32,442 bases of DNA from Pyrinomonadales bacterium. GTDB taxonomy: Bacteria > Acidobacteriota > Blastocatellia > Pyrinomonadales > Pyrinomonadaceae. The notes beneath the pieces were generated by a model. The model did not search any database and was not told where the DNA came from. It saw only the letters and a list, made by a program, of their open reading frames with translations. Location of the stretch: NCBI GenBank assembly GCA_038330465.1, contig JBBQOA010000001.1, positions 1 through 32,442 on the forward strand. Reading direction: 5' to 3'. The position numbers and the translations under genes are program-made. Shown piece by piece: positions 16,912 to 25,085 of this stretch (position 1 is its first letter; each line of letters opens with the position of its first letter).

Positions 16912-17850
16912 ATGAATTCAGATTCGATCAATTTTAAAACTCTCTGGAAACCCGTTTTGATCGGGTTCGGATTGACGTTTCTGTATGCCAATGTTTTGGC
17001 GAAACTCGGGCGTGATTGGTGGACGGACGAGAATTATTCGCATGGATTGCTTGTCCCGCTGGTCATCGGATTTATCATTTGGATGGAATCGGGCGACCTT
17101 CAAAAAACCTTCAAAACGCCGAAATTCCTGCTCGGCGGCGGCATCATTCTGTTGGCGATGCTGATGCTTTTGGGCGGCAGTCTCGGCGCCGAACTTTTTA
17201 CGCAGAGAGTTTCGTTGGTCTTGATGCTCGGCGGCACGGTCGTCTATTTTTTCGGGACGCAGATCTTACGCCTTTTGGTCGTGCCGTTTGCGCTGCTTTT
17301 GCTGGCGATCCCGATTCCGCAGATCATTTTCAACAAAATTGCGTTTCCTTTACAAATTTACGCGTCGCAGCTTGCCGTTTGGGGAATTCGTTTGTTTGAA
17401 ATCCCGACCGTTCGCAAAGGCAATGTTTTCGAGATCTTGCCAAACGGCGCGACGCAGGTCATCGCGCTCGAGGTCGTCGAAGCGTGCAGCGGAATCCGAA
17501 GCCTCATGACGCTTGTCACGCTCGCTTTGATCCTCGCCTATTTTACGCGGACAAAACGTGAATTACGCGAAAACGGCTGGTTCGATTTTTTGAAAAATCA
17601 AGACTTTTGGCGTGCCGTGCTTCTCATGCTCTCGGCAATTCCGATCGCGGTTTTAACGAATGCCGCGCGCGTTACGGCGACCGGCGTTTTGACCTACACG
17701 CGCGGACGGCAAGCGACCGAAGGACTTTTGCACGAAGCGCTCGGCTGGCTCGTTTATGTCGCCGCGCTCGCATTGCTGATTCTGGTTAATTTCTGCCTTC
17801 AGCTCATTTTTCGCAAAATTTCCGCAAACAAAATTCCGGCTGATGCGTAG
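16912..17850 (+). CDS. xrtA: Exosortase (XrtA/EpsH-type, without fused EpsI domain)
   Basis: 312 aa, polytopic. N-terminal W.DENYSHG. The family-defining catalytic-type residues are present in order: [10 protein letters not shown] (Cys), LTNAARV (Arg), LHEALGW (His). The subtype call rests on neighbouring EpsI, PrsT and ExeA-like ATPase genes. Confidence 0.85.
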   Translation: MNSDSINFKTLWKPVLIGFGLTFLYANVLAKLGRDWWTDENYSHGLLVPLVIGFIIWMESGDLQKTFKTPKFLLGGGIILLAMLMLLGGSLGAELFTQRVSLVLMLGGTVVYFFGTQILRLLVVPFALLLLAIPIPQIIFNKIAFPLQIYASQLAVWGIRLFEIPTVRKGNVFEILPNGATQVIALEVVEACSGIRSLMTLVTLALILAYFTRTKRELRENGWFDFLKNQDFWRAVLLMLSAIPIAVLTNAARVTATGVLTYTRGRQATEGLLHEALGWLVYVAALALLILVNFCLQLIFRKISANKIPADA

Positions 17851-17887
17851 AACTTCCGAAAGTTCGATTACAAACAAGGAGTTTTCT

Positions 17888-18346
17888 ATGCTAAAAAGAT
17901 CAGCCCTATTTTTTTTGTTTCTGACCGCGTTTGGCTTTCAGCTCAACGCGCAGACGACCGTTTCCGAGACGGACAAAGCCGCCATCAAACAAACCGCGCT
18001 CGATTATATCGAAGGCTGGTATGAAGGAAATGCCGAGCGCATGGAACGCGCGCTGCATCCCGATCTGGCAAAACGCATCGTGATGACGAAAGACGGCAGA
18101 AGCCGGCTCGAACAAATGAGCGCGATGAGTCTTGTGCAGGGCACGCGCAAAGGGTTCGGCAAAAATACGCCGAAGGAAAAACAGCAGAAAGATGTAACGA
18201 TTCTCGATGTTTACGAAAATGCGGCAAGCGTCAAGGTCGTCGCGTCCGATTGGATCGATTATCTGCACATCGCCAAATTCAACGGTCAATGGGTGATCGT
18301 CAATGTTTTGTGGGAACTGAAACCGCCGCCCGTGCCGAATAAATAA
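17888..18346 (+). CDS. Secreted NTF2-fold protein (putative lumazine-binding / SnoaL-like family)
   Basis: AAGGAG lies 7 nt before ATG 17888, with signal peptide MLKRSALFFLFLTAFGFQLNAQ. DYIEGWYEGNAERMERALHPDL...DYLHIAKFNGQWVIVNVLWE resembles the Lumazine_bd_2/NTF2-like family. Confidence 0.65.
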   Translation: MLKRSALFFLFLTAFGFQLNAQTTVSETDKAAIKQTALDYIEGWYEGNAERMERALHPDLAKRIVMTKDGRSRLEQMSAMSLVQGTRKGFGKNTPKEKQQKDVTILDVYENAASVKVVASDWIDYLHIAKFNGQWVIVNVLWELKPPPVPNK

Positions 18347-18405
18347 TTTAGCGGTCAGGCAGCCGGGAAGTCGGAAAATCAACGGCATTATGTTTTTATG
18401 TTTCT

Positions 18406-18414
18406 TGGTATAAT
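18406..18414 (+). promoter_or_regulatory. Extended -10 element TGgTATAAT directly upstream of epsI
   Basis: Read directly: cttGGTATAATattttt ccgATG. The -10 ends 9 nt before ATG 18424, implying a leaderless or near-leaderless transcript if used. The -35 is poor. Confidence 0.35.
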
Positions 18415-18423
18415 ATTTTTCCG

Positions 18424-19104
18424 ATGAAAGAGATCGAATCAGACATTGCCGGTCAAAAAATGCCGTCAGCCAATTCAAAATTTTGGTTTTTGCTTGCCGT
18501 TTTGCTCATCGGCGGCGTTTTTATCAATTGGTTCGAGCAGCGCGGCGAGGCGCAAATCGCGCGCAAACCGCTCACCGAATTGCCGAAAACGCTTGGCGAT
18601 TGGCGGCAGAAAGGCGATCAGATCCGCTTCGGCGAAGAGACCGAAAGCGTTTTGCGCGTCACCGATTACACGATGCGTGAATATTTTTCCGAGAACCGCA
18701 ATGCCAATGTTTACATCGGTTATTACGCTTCGCAGCGCTCCGGCGCGACGTATCATTCACCGCAGAACTGTTTACCCGGCGCGGGTTGGGTGATGCGCGA
18801 ACCGCAAATCATCGAGATCAAAACGCCAAGCGGAAAAACCTTTACGGCAAATGCTTACCGCGTCGAAAACGGCATCTATGACGAGATCATGATCTATTGG
18901 TATCAAGGTCGTGGACGGATCGAAGCGAGCGAATATCGCGACAAGATCAACACGGTTTGGGACAGCGTGCTGCGCCGCCGCAGCGATGGCGCGATGGTTC
19001 GCGTGATGACTTCGGTCGGCGGCGATGCCCCTGGCGCTACCAAATCCGCGATTGACCTTTCCGCCGAAGTTGCCGACCGGCTCGGCGAATTCGTGCCCGA
19101 ATGA
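18424..19104 (+). CDS. epsI: EpsI-family exosortase-associated protein
   Basis: 226 aa with an N-terminal TM helix ([17 protein letters not shown]). Hallmarks are [31 protein letters not shown] and MIYWYQ.GR, typical of EpsI (TIGR02914/DUF3485). An alternative start at M13 (18460) is possible. Confidence 0.85.
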   Translation: MKEIESDIAGQKMPSANSKFWFLLAVLLIGGVFINWFEQRGEAQIARKPLTELPKTLGDWRQKGDQIRFGEETESVLRVTDYTMREYFSENRNANVYIGYYASQRSGATYHSPQNCLPGAGWVMREPQIIEIKTPSGKTFTANAYRVENGIYDEIMIYWYQGRGRIEASEYRDKINTVWDSVLRRRSDGAMVRVMTSVGGDAPGATKSAIDLSAEVADRLGEFVPE

Positions 19105-19377
19105 ACGCGCCGCCGGCGGGCTCCGATTGCTGATTATTTTCCTATCTCATAACTCCATTTGTAAATCCAAAAGTTTGTGCTATTCTTTCGCTTGTCCCCA
19201 ATAATTTCAAAATAAGTTTTGGTTCCGTTTTACGCGAACGAGGCGTTTTTTTATGCCGAACTTCTCATTAAAAGAGCGGAAACTGTAATTTTTTCTGAAA
19301 TTTAGGGGCGATTGGACTTTTTTCTTCAATGCCGGTGAAAATCGGTTAAATTGAAAATTAAGTTTTTCCGAAATGCT

Positions 19378-19406
19378 TTCCGAAGAGTTTGCCCCTCTTC
19401 GGAAAT
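19378..19406 (+). other. 11-bp perfect stem-loop in the epsI-prsT spacer
   Basis: tttccgaagag (19378-19388) / ctcttcggaaa (19396-19406) with loop tttgccc. There is no U-tract, so it is not a canonical terminator. Confidence 0.6.
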
Positions 19407-19420
19407 TGAATAAAAGTTTG

Positions 19421-19443
19421 ACGGTCAATGCCCGACGGTCAAG
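19421..19443 (+). promoter_or_regulatory. Direct repeat GACGGTCAA x2 (14-bp period) plus half-site agtcaa, 45-65 nt upstream of prsT
   Basis: gacggtcaa occurs at 19421-19429 and 19435-19443. The first copy lies within the palindrome ttgacGgtcaa. Candidate transcription-factor site; function is inferred only. Confidence 0.3.
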
Positions 19444-19486
19444 CCGAATAGTCAAAATTTTTCGGGGAAAATGTCTTTTGAAGAAA

Positions 19487-21871
19487 ATGATATTACGAGA
19501 GTGCCCGTTTTTTAAATTCAGATTTCTGTCACAAATCGCGTTATGCGGTTTGCTCGTCCTATTTGTCATCTCCTGCGGAGGATCCAAAGATAAACATATT
19601 GCCCGCGGCGAAGAATATTTGCAGAAACGCAAATTTCAGGAAGCCGTCATGGAATTTCGCGCCGCCGCCGATATCGATAAAGATTCGGCTGGCGCGCACT
19701 GGGGTTTGGCGCGGGCTTTTGAAAATCTCGGACAATTTAACGAAGCGCTCGAAGAACTGCGGAAAACGACGGAAATCGCGCCCGACAATCTCGACGCGAA
19801 AACGAAACTCGGCAATTATTATCTGCTCATTCAGCCGCCGATGCTTCCCGAAACCGAAAAGATCCTCGAAGAAATTTTCGCGAAAGACGCCGGTTTTATT
19901 GAAGGTCACATTCTTAAAGCCTCGCTGCTCGCAACGCAGGGCAAACCCGAAAAAGAAGTTCTCGAAGTTTTGAATCAGGCGATCGCGCTTAATCCCAACC
20001 GCACCGAATCATATATTAGTCTTGCCCGTTACTTTATGAAACAGGACAAGGCAAAAGAAGCCGAAGCCGCGATTCAGAAAGGAATTTCGGTCAATCCGGC
20101 GGCAGCGCTCGGCTACGTCGAATACGGCAGATTTTTGGTTTTTGCCGACCGCCCGGCGGAAGCCGAAGCGCAATTTAAAAAAGCGACCGAAGTTGAACCG
20201 CAAAATATCGAGGCGCGCGAAGCGGTTGCCGAATATTACGTCGCGCAAAAACAATTTGATAAAGCCGAAATCGCCTATAAAGATCTCGTTCAAATTCAGG
20301 AAAACAGCCCCGAAGCCCGCGTCGCGCTGGCGAATTTTTACGCGCAGGTCGGACGCACCAATGATGCCGTGACGATCTTTAACGAAATTCTGGCGGAAAA
20401 ACCCGAATATGTTCGCGCCCGCTATCGGCTCGGTGAAATTTATCTCGACCAAAAGGAAACCGCTAAAGTCAGCGAACAGATCGACGCGCTTTTGAAGATC
20501 AACGATAAAGACGCCGAAGCTTTGCTGCTGCGCGCACGACTTGATTTGCAGGACAATAAAGCGGACGAAGCGGTCAAAGATCTCGAAGAGATCCTCAAAA
20601 AAATGCCGAGTCACCGTGACGCGCTTTTCTTTATGACCGAAGCCAAACTCGCGCTCGGACAAACCGACCAAGCCCGCGCTTTTATCGGCGATCTCGACAA
20701 ATATCATCCGAACTATTTAAGAACGCGCCTGCTGAAAATTCAGGCGGCATTTGCCGACGGCGACGCGGCAAACGCGTTTCGGCTCGCAAACGAACTTTTT
20801 GAGACTTCAAAAGGCATTGTGCCCGACGCGGCGACGATGACGCAGGAGATCAACGAACTGCGGATTCGTGCGCTTTCGGCGCGCGGGCTTGCCAATCTTC
20901 AGCTCGGAAAATTGGCGGAATCGAAAACCGATCTGCTGGAAGTTTTAAAAAATTCGCCGAAGTCATCGGGCGCGATGGTCAATCTGGCAAAGGTTTTCAT
21001 CGCCGAAAAAAATCCGCCGGAAGCCTTGAAACTTTATGAAAACGCGCTTGCCGTTGACGCTAAGAATTTCGACGCGCTGAGCGGGACGATCGGTGTTTTG
21101 AATCGACAGAAACAATTCGCGGCGGCGCACGCCAAAGTTGACGAGTTTTTAGCGAAAAACCTTGACCGAAAAGACGTGTCGGCAGCGCTTCATTATTTAA
21201 AATCGGATGTCTTTATCGCGGAAAAAAATAATGATTCAGCCGCCGCCGAACTGCAAAAGGCGATCGAATCGGACGAAAATTATCTGCCCGCGTATTCGAC
21301 CTACGCCGCGCTTTTGATCGCCAAAAACCAAACCGACGCGGCGATCGAGCAATACAAAAAAGCGGTTGCAAAGAAACCTTCGGCGACCGTTTACACGCTG
21401 CTCGGAATGCTCGAAGAAGCGCGCAGCAATGCGCCCGAAGCCGAGAAAAATTATCGCCGCGCCTTAGAGATCACGCCCGAAACGCCGATCGCGGCAAATA
21501 ATCTGGCGTGGCTGATCGCCGACGGCGGGCAGGGAAATCTCGACGAAGCACTGCAGCTCGCGCAGAAAACGGTCAACACAAATTCGAACGTCGCCGGTTA
21601 TTACGACACGCTCGGCTGGGTTTATTTCAAAAAAGGTTTATATTCGCCGGCGGTCGAGCAGCTTAAAAAAGCGGTCGCGCTCGACGACGCGCAAGCGAAA
21701 CGAACGGGCGCGAAAACCAACGCGGCGTATCGTCTGCGATTAGGCACGGCGCTCGCTTCGGCGGGCGATAAATTTTCGGCGCGCCGGGAAGTTGAAACGT
21801 CGCTCGCCAACGAACAGAGTTTGAGCCAGAAAGAAGCGCAGGACGCGAAAATTCTTTTGGCAAATCTTTAG
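19487..21871 (+). CDS. prsT: PEP-CTERM system TPR-repeat lipoprotein
   Basis: The preferred start MILRECPFFKFRFLSQIALCGLLVLFVISCGG gives a lipoprotein signal (lipobox VISC). About 760 aa of consecutive TPR repeats follow. Size, architecture and position next to xrtA/epsI match PrsT (TIGR02917). The ORF-track extension from 19373 is rejected. Confidence 0.8.
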   Translation: MILRECPFFKFRFLSQIALCGLLVLFVISCGGSKDKHIARGEEYLQKRKFQEAVMEFRAAADIDKDSAGAHWGLARAFENLGQFNEALEELRKTTEIAPDNLDAKTKLGNYYLLIQPPMLPETEKILEEIFAKDAGFIEGHILKASLLATQGKPEKEVLEVLNQAIALNPNRTESYISLARYFMKQDKAKEAEAAIQKGISVNPAAALGYVEYGRFLVFADRPAEAEAQFKKATEVEPQNIEAREAVAEYYVAQKQFDKAEIAYKDLVQIQENSPEARVALANFYAQVGRTNDAVTIFNEILAEKPEYVRARYRLGEIYLDQKETAKVSEQIDALLKINDKDAEALLLRARLDLQDNKADEAVKDLEEILKKMPSHRDALFFMTEAKLALGQTDQARAFIGDLDKYHPNYLRTRLLKIQAAFADGDAANAFRLANELFETSKGIVPDAATMTQEINELRIRALSARGLANLQLGKLAESKTDLLEVLKNSPKSSGAMVNLAKVFIAEKNPPEALKLYENALAVDAKNFDALSGTIGVLNRQKQFAAAHAKVDEFLAKNLDRKDVSAALHYLKSDVFIAEKNNDSAAAELQKAIESDENYLPAYSTYAALLIAKNQTDAAIEQYKKAVAKKPSATVYTLLGMLEEARSNAPEAEKNYRRALEITPETPIAANNLAWLIADGGQGNLDEALQLAQKTVNTNSNVAGYYDTLGWVYFKKGLYSPAVEQLKKAVALDDAQAKRTGAKTNAAYRLRLGTALASAGDKFSARREVETSLANEQSLSQKEAQDAKILLANL

Positions 21872-21893
21872 ACACGCTTGACGGAGATTGAAA

Positions 21894-22073
21894 ATGGTTT
21901 TTTTGTTTAAGATCGCCAACCAGCTTTTGGGAATTATTCCCGAATCGCTCGGTTTGCTGATCTTCGGAGTCGGATTAATTTTATTGACGATCGGCTTGCG
22001 CTGGATCATGAAACGGAGCGAAAAGAGCGCGTCGCGCCCGGTCGAGCAAATGACGGAGAAAGTTAATCGTTAA
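21894..22073 (+). CDS. 59-aa micro-ORF: single-TM peptide resembling a cargo-less PEP-CTERM sorting signal
   Basis: GGAG lies 7 nt before ATG 21894. Product: MVFLFKIANQLLGIIPESLGLLIFGVGLILLTIGLRWIMKRSEKSASRPVEQMTEKVNR. It fills the prsT-wzz gap exactly (22 nt upstream, 14 nt downstream). Coding status is unproven. Confidence 0.4.
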   Translation: MVFLFKIANQLLGIIPESLGLLIFGVGLILLTIGLRWIMKRSEKSASRPVEQMTEKVNR

Positions 22074-22087
22074 ATTTTTAGGAAAAT

Positions 22088-23746
22088 ATGAGCATTGAAT
22101 TCAGACAAAGAACGGCTGGCGAATTTATCAAGATGCTGAAACGGCGGAAATGGTTTATTTTTCTGCCCGTCATCACGATGACGGTGGCGATCGGTTATGT
22201 CGTTTACAAATTGCCGAGCGTTTACGAATCAAAAACTCTGTTGACGGTCAAGCCGCCGACGATCTCCGATATCGTCGTCAAACCGCTTTCCGACGAAGAT
22301 CTATCGCAGCGTCTGCAAACCATCAATCAGGAAGTTATGTCGCGGTCGTCGCTTGAGCCGATGATCACAAAATACAATCTTTTCGAACTAGAAAGAAATT
22401 CGGGAATGGATATGGCGCTGATCGTTGACAAGATGCGCAAAAACATCGTCGTCGAACCCGAAAAGACCGACACCGAAAAACTCGCCGCGTTTCGCATCAG
22501 TTATCGCGACCGTAAGCCCGACGCGACGCGCAACGTGACGGCGGAACTTGCCGCCAAATATGTCAACGCGCAGGTTCTTGCTTCGACGCAAAATGCGGAA
22601 ACGACCCGCGATTTTCTTCAAAACGAATTGAACAACGCGAAAAACGAACTCGATACAAAGGAAAAAGAACGCCTCAACGTGATGATGCAGAATGTCGAGA
22701 CGCTGCCCGAATCGTCGCAGGGTTTGATCGCGCAGCTCGACGGTTTGCGCAAACGCGAAGACAGCATCGTCAAAGAAAAAGAAACTTTGGCAATGGAAAA
22801 AGGTCGGCTCAATGACCAGATCGCTTCGAACAACCGGCAGATGCGCGTCTATGACGAATACGGCGAAAAGGAAACGCAGGACGTCGCGCGGCAGGCTTCG
22901 CAGATCGAAGACACGCCCGCCTACGCCCAACTCGTCAATAAACGCGCCGAACTCAAAGCGCAGCTCGACAAACTGCTGAAGGTTTTCAAAGAAAAACATC
23001 CGGACGTGCAATCGAAAAAAGACGAGATCACACGCGTTGACGAAGAGATCGAAAATCTGCGAAAAAATACCGATAAGCGTGTTTTGGTGGCGAGTCAATC
23101 AAGCAGCCGCAAAGCCGAATTGCAGAAGAAAAATCTCGAACTCGAAAATCAGCGGATCCAAAGTCAGATCGGGCAGATCGAACAGCAGATTCAATATAAA
23201 AATCAAGAGGTTCAGCAAAACGCCGGACAGATCTCGATTCTCGAAACAAAGATCAACACGATTCCGAATGTCAAGGTCGCGCTCGAAGGCATCAACGCGC
23301 AGTATCAAACGGCGAAGCAAAAATACGACGATCTTTCGAAAAAGATCAACGACGCTTCGTTGCAGGTCAACCGCGAATCAAACGCGCAAGGCGAAACGAT
23401 CCGCGTGCAGGACGCCGCAAATTTGCCCGAATCGCCGGTCGCGCCGAAACGCGGGCTTCTGACCGGACTCGGCGCGGCGATCGGTTTGGCGATCGGTTTG
23501 TTTCTGGCGGCGCTCTTTGAACTGCCGCGTGTTTTCAAGATCCAGAATATCGAAGACGCCAAGCATTATACGGGTTTGCCTGTGCTCGCATCGGTTCCGC
23601 CGCTGCTCTCGCACGACGAGAAAGTGTGGCTCAAACGCTCGCACTGGCTGCGCGTGATGGCGGGCGTCGTCGCGGCAGTCGGCGCAATTCCGCTGATCGC
23701 GATGATTTTGCAGGCGACCAGAATTTTTGAACGAATGATTTCCTAA
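22088..23746 (+). CDS. Polysaccharide chain-length determinant (Wzz/GumC-type; PEP-CTERM-locus EpsF-like)
   Basis: 552 aa. N-terminal Wzz motif (KRRKWFIFLPVITMTVAIGYVVYKLPSVYESKTLL), a long periplasmic coiled coil, a P-rich segment (LPESPVAPKRG), and a second TM helix (LLTGLGAAIGLAIGLFLAALF). Confidence 0.85.
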   Translation: MSIEFRQRTAGEFIKMLKRRKWFIFLPVITMTVAIGYVVYKLPSVYESKTLLTVKPPTISDIVVKPLSDEDLSQRLQTINQEVMSRSSLEPMITKYNLFELERNSGMDMALIVDKMRKNIVVEPEKTDTEKLAAFRISYRDRKPDATRNVTAELAAKYVNAQVLASTQNAETTRDFLQNELNNAKNELDTKEKERLNVMMQNVETLPESSQGLIAQLDGLRKREDSIVKEKETLAMEKGRLNDQIASNNRQMRVYDEYGEKETQDVARQASQIEDTPAYAQLVNKRAELKAQLDKLLKVFKEKHPDVQSKKDEITRVDEEIENLRKNTDKRVLVASQSSSRKAELQKKNLELENQRIQSQIGQIEQQIQYKNQEVQQNAGQISILETKINTIPNVKVALEGINAQYQTAKQKYDDLSKKINDASLQVNRESNAQGETIRVQDAANLPESPVAPKRGLLTGLGAAIGLAIGLFLAALFELPRVFKIQNIEDAKHYTGLPVLASVPPLLSHDEKVWLKRSHWLRVMAGVVAAVGAIPLIAMILQATRIFERMIS

Positions 23747-23760
23747 GCGGCACAGCCGCC

Positions 23761-23852
23761 AATTACAAATTACAGATCACAAATTTCAAATCTGTAAATT
23801 TAGATGGTTAGAAAATTACGAATTATAAATTTGAAATCTGTAATTTGTAATT
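23761..23852. repeat. Composite AT-rich heptad-phased inverted/direct repeat filling the wzz-ATPase spacer
   Basis: Heptads aattaca|aattaca|gatcaca|aatttca|aatctgt|aaattta. 17-bp perfect IR 23761-23777 / 23836-23852. Near-direct repeat aaattt[c/g]aaatctgtaa at 23781-23797 and 23827-23843. Confidence 0.95.
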
Positions 23853-23867
23853 ATTTCGGAGAAAGCA

Positions 23868-24938
23868 ATGTATAAAGAATTTTTCGGATTAGAAGATACA
23901 CCGTTCACATTAACGCCCGACCCGCGTTTTATCGTGTTCACGCCGAGCTATAACGAAGTTTTGGCAAGTCTTTATTACGGACTCGAAAACGCCAAAGGCT
24001 TGATCGTCCTGACGGGCGAGGTTGGAACGGGAAAAACGACCGCGCTCAGATGGATCTTGCGGCGGCTTGATTCTTCCGTGCTGGCGGCGTATGTTTTCAA
24101 TCCGCGCCTCTCGATCGACGAGTTTTATCATCACGTCACGCAGATGCTTAATATCAAGGATTGGACGAACAAAGCCGAATTACTGCAAGTGATGGGCAAG
24201 GTTTTGGAAGAACGCCACCGGCGCGGATTACGGACGGTTTTGATCATTGACGAAGCGCACGAACTCTCGGATTACGTCCTCGAAGAAATTCGTCTTTTGA
24301 TGAATTTCGAATCGGACAACGCCAAACATCTGCAGATCGTTTTGACCGGACAACCGGAACTGCGCGAAAAGCTCAATCAGCCGAATTTGCGGCAGCTCAA
24401 ACAACGCGTTGCGCTGCGCTGCAAAATGCACGCGCTGCCGAATGTCGAAGAGATCGAACGCTATATCACCGAACGACTCCTGATCGGCGGTTCGGACCAG
24501 CCGAATATTTTCACGCCGGGCGCGATCGATTTTATTTTTCAATGTTCCGAGGGAATTCCGCGTCAGATCAATAATCTTTGCGATAATTCGATGCTCGCGG
24601 CTTACGCGGCGGGCGAACAGATCATCGGTCGGCAAATTGTCGAAGAAGTTGCCGACAATCTCGATCTGCTGCCGCGCAACGATGCCTTGCTGACAAGCGA
24701 AAAATCGGTCGAAAACGTCAGTTCGGCGCGCGTTTTGACCAATGAGGCGCGTGAGGAATTGTGGAGCAATCAAGCCCGCGCCGAAAAAGCCAAACCGATG
24801 TTCAAAACCGAACAGACGCAAAGCAACGGTAATGCAAAAGTCAGCGGCAACAGCAATTCAAACGGTCAACATTCGCCGTTTGACGATATGGACGACGACA
24901 TCAGTCTGGAAATCGAAGAAGTCGGCGGGTTTTATTAA
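23868..24938 (+). CDS. ExeA-like AAA ATPase (XrtA/PEP-CTERM system-associated ATPase type)
   Basis: 356 aa. FFGL...PF...PDPRF......Y.E.L..L.YG......G..VLTGEVGTGKTT is the ExeA/GspA-type N-terminus. Walker B is VLIIDEAHEL. Confidence 0.85.
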   Translation: MYKEFFGLEDTPFTLTPDPRFIVFTPSYNEVLASLYYGLENAKGLIVLTGEVGTGKTTALRWILRRLDSSVLAAYVFNPRLSIDEFYHHVTQMLNIKDWTNKAELLQVMGKVLEERHRRGLRTVLIIDEAHELSDYVLEEIRLLMNFESDNAKHLQIVLTGQPELREKLNQPNLRQLKQRVALRCKMHALPNVEEIERYITERLLIGGSDQPNIFTPGAIDFIFQCSEGIPRQINNLCDNSMLAAYAAGEQIIGRQIVEEVADNLDLLPRNDALLTSEKSVENVSSARVLTNEAREELWSNQARAEKAKPMFKTEQTQSNGNAKVSGNSNSNGQHSPFDDMDDDISLEIEEVGGFY

Positions 24939-24950
24939 TCAGCTTTGCTG

Positions 24951-25067
24951 AATTACAAATTACAAATTACAAATTTCAAAGGAAGATTAAAGTTACAAAA
25001 ACAGATTCAAATTACAAAGAAAGAGCAGTCAAGCGGATCAAAAATTTGAAATTTGAAATTTGTAATT
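24951..25067. repeat. AT-rich heptad repeat (aattaca x3, aatttca) with distal inverted copy, filling the ATPase-kinase spacer
   Basis: 24951-24980 holds the heptads. Its complement tttgaaatttgaaatttgtaatt is at 25045-25067. The 16-bp perfect IR is 24965-24980 / 25052-25067, with a 71-nt spacer. Confidence 0.95.
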
Positions 25068-25085
25068 GGATGACGGAGTAATCGA

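Noticed and set aside
19207-19632. 141-aa minus-strand ORF and the 38-codon N-terminal extension of prsT (19373-19486)
   Set aside because: Both translate AT-rich spacer into K/F/R-rich sequence. Starting prsT at 19487 yields a proper lipoprotein signal peptide, and the extension would bury it.
16756-22087. Sigma54 (-24 TGGCAC / -12 TTGC) promoters expected for PrsR-regulated PEP-CTERM loci
   Set aside because: I found no convincing TGGCAC-N5-TTGC match upstream of xrtA, epsI, prsT or the micro-ORF by eye. A PWM scan would be needed to be sure.
23761-25067. Possible CRISPR array, given the repeated AT-rich units
   Set aside because: The units are 7-17 nt and contiguous or inverted rather than 25-40-nt direct repeats separated by unique spacers. 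There are only one or two blocks per spacer and no cas genes in the window.
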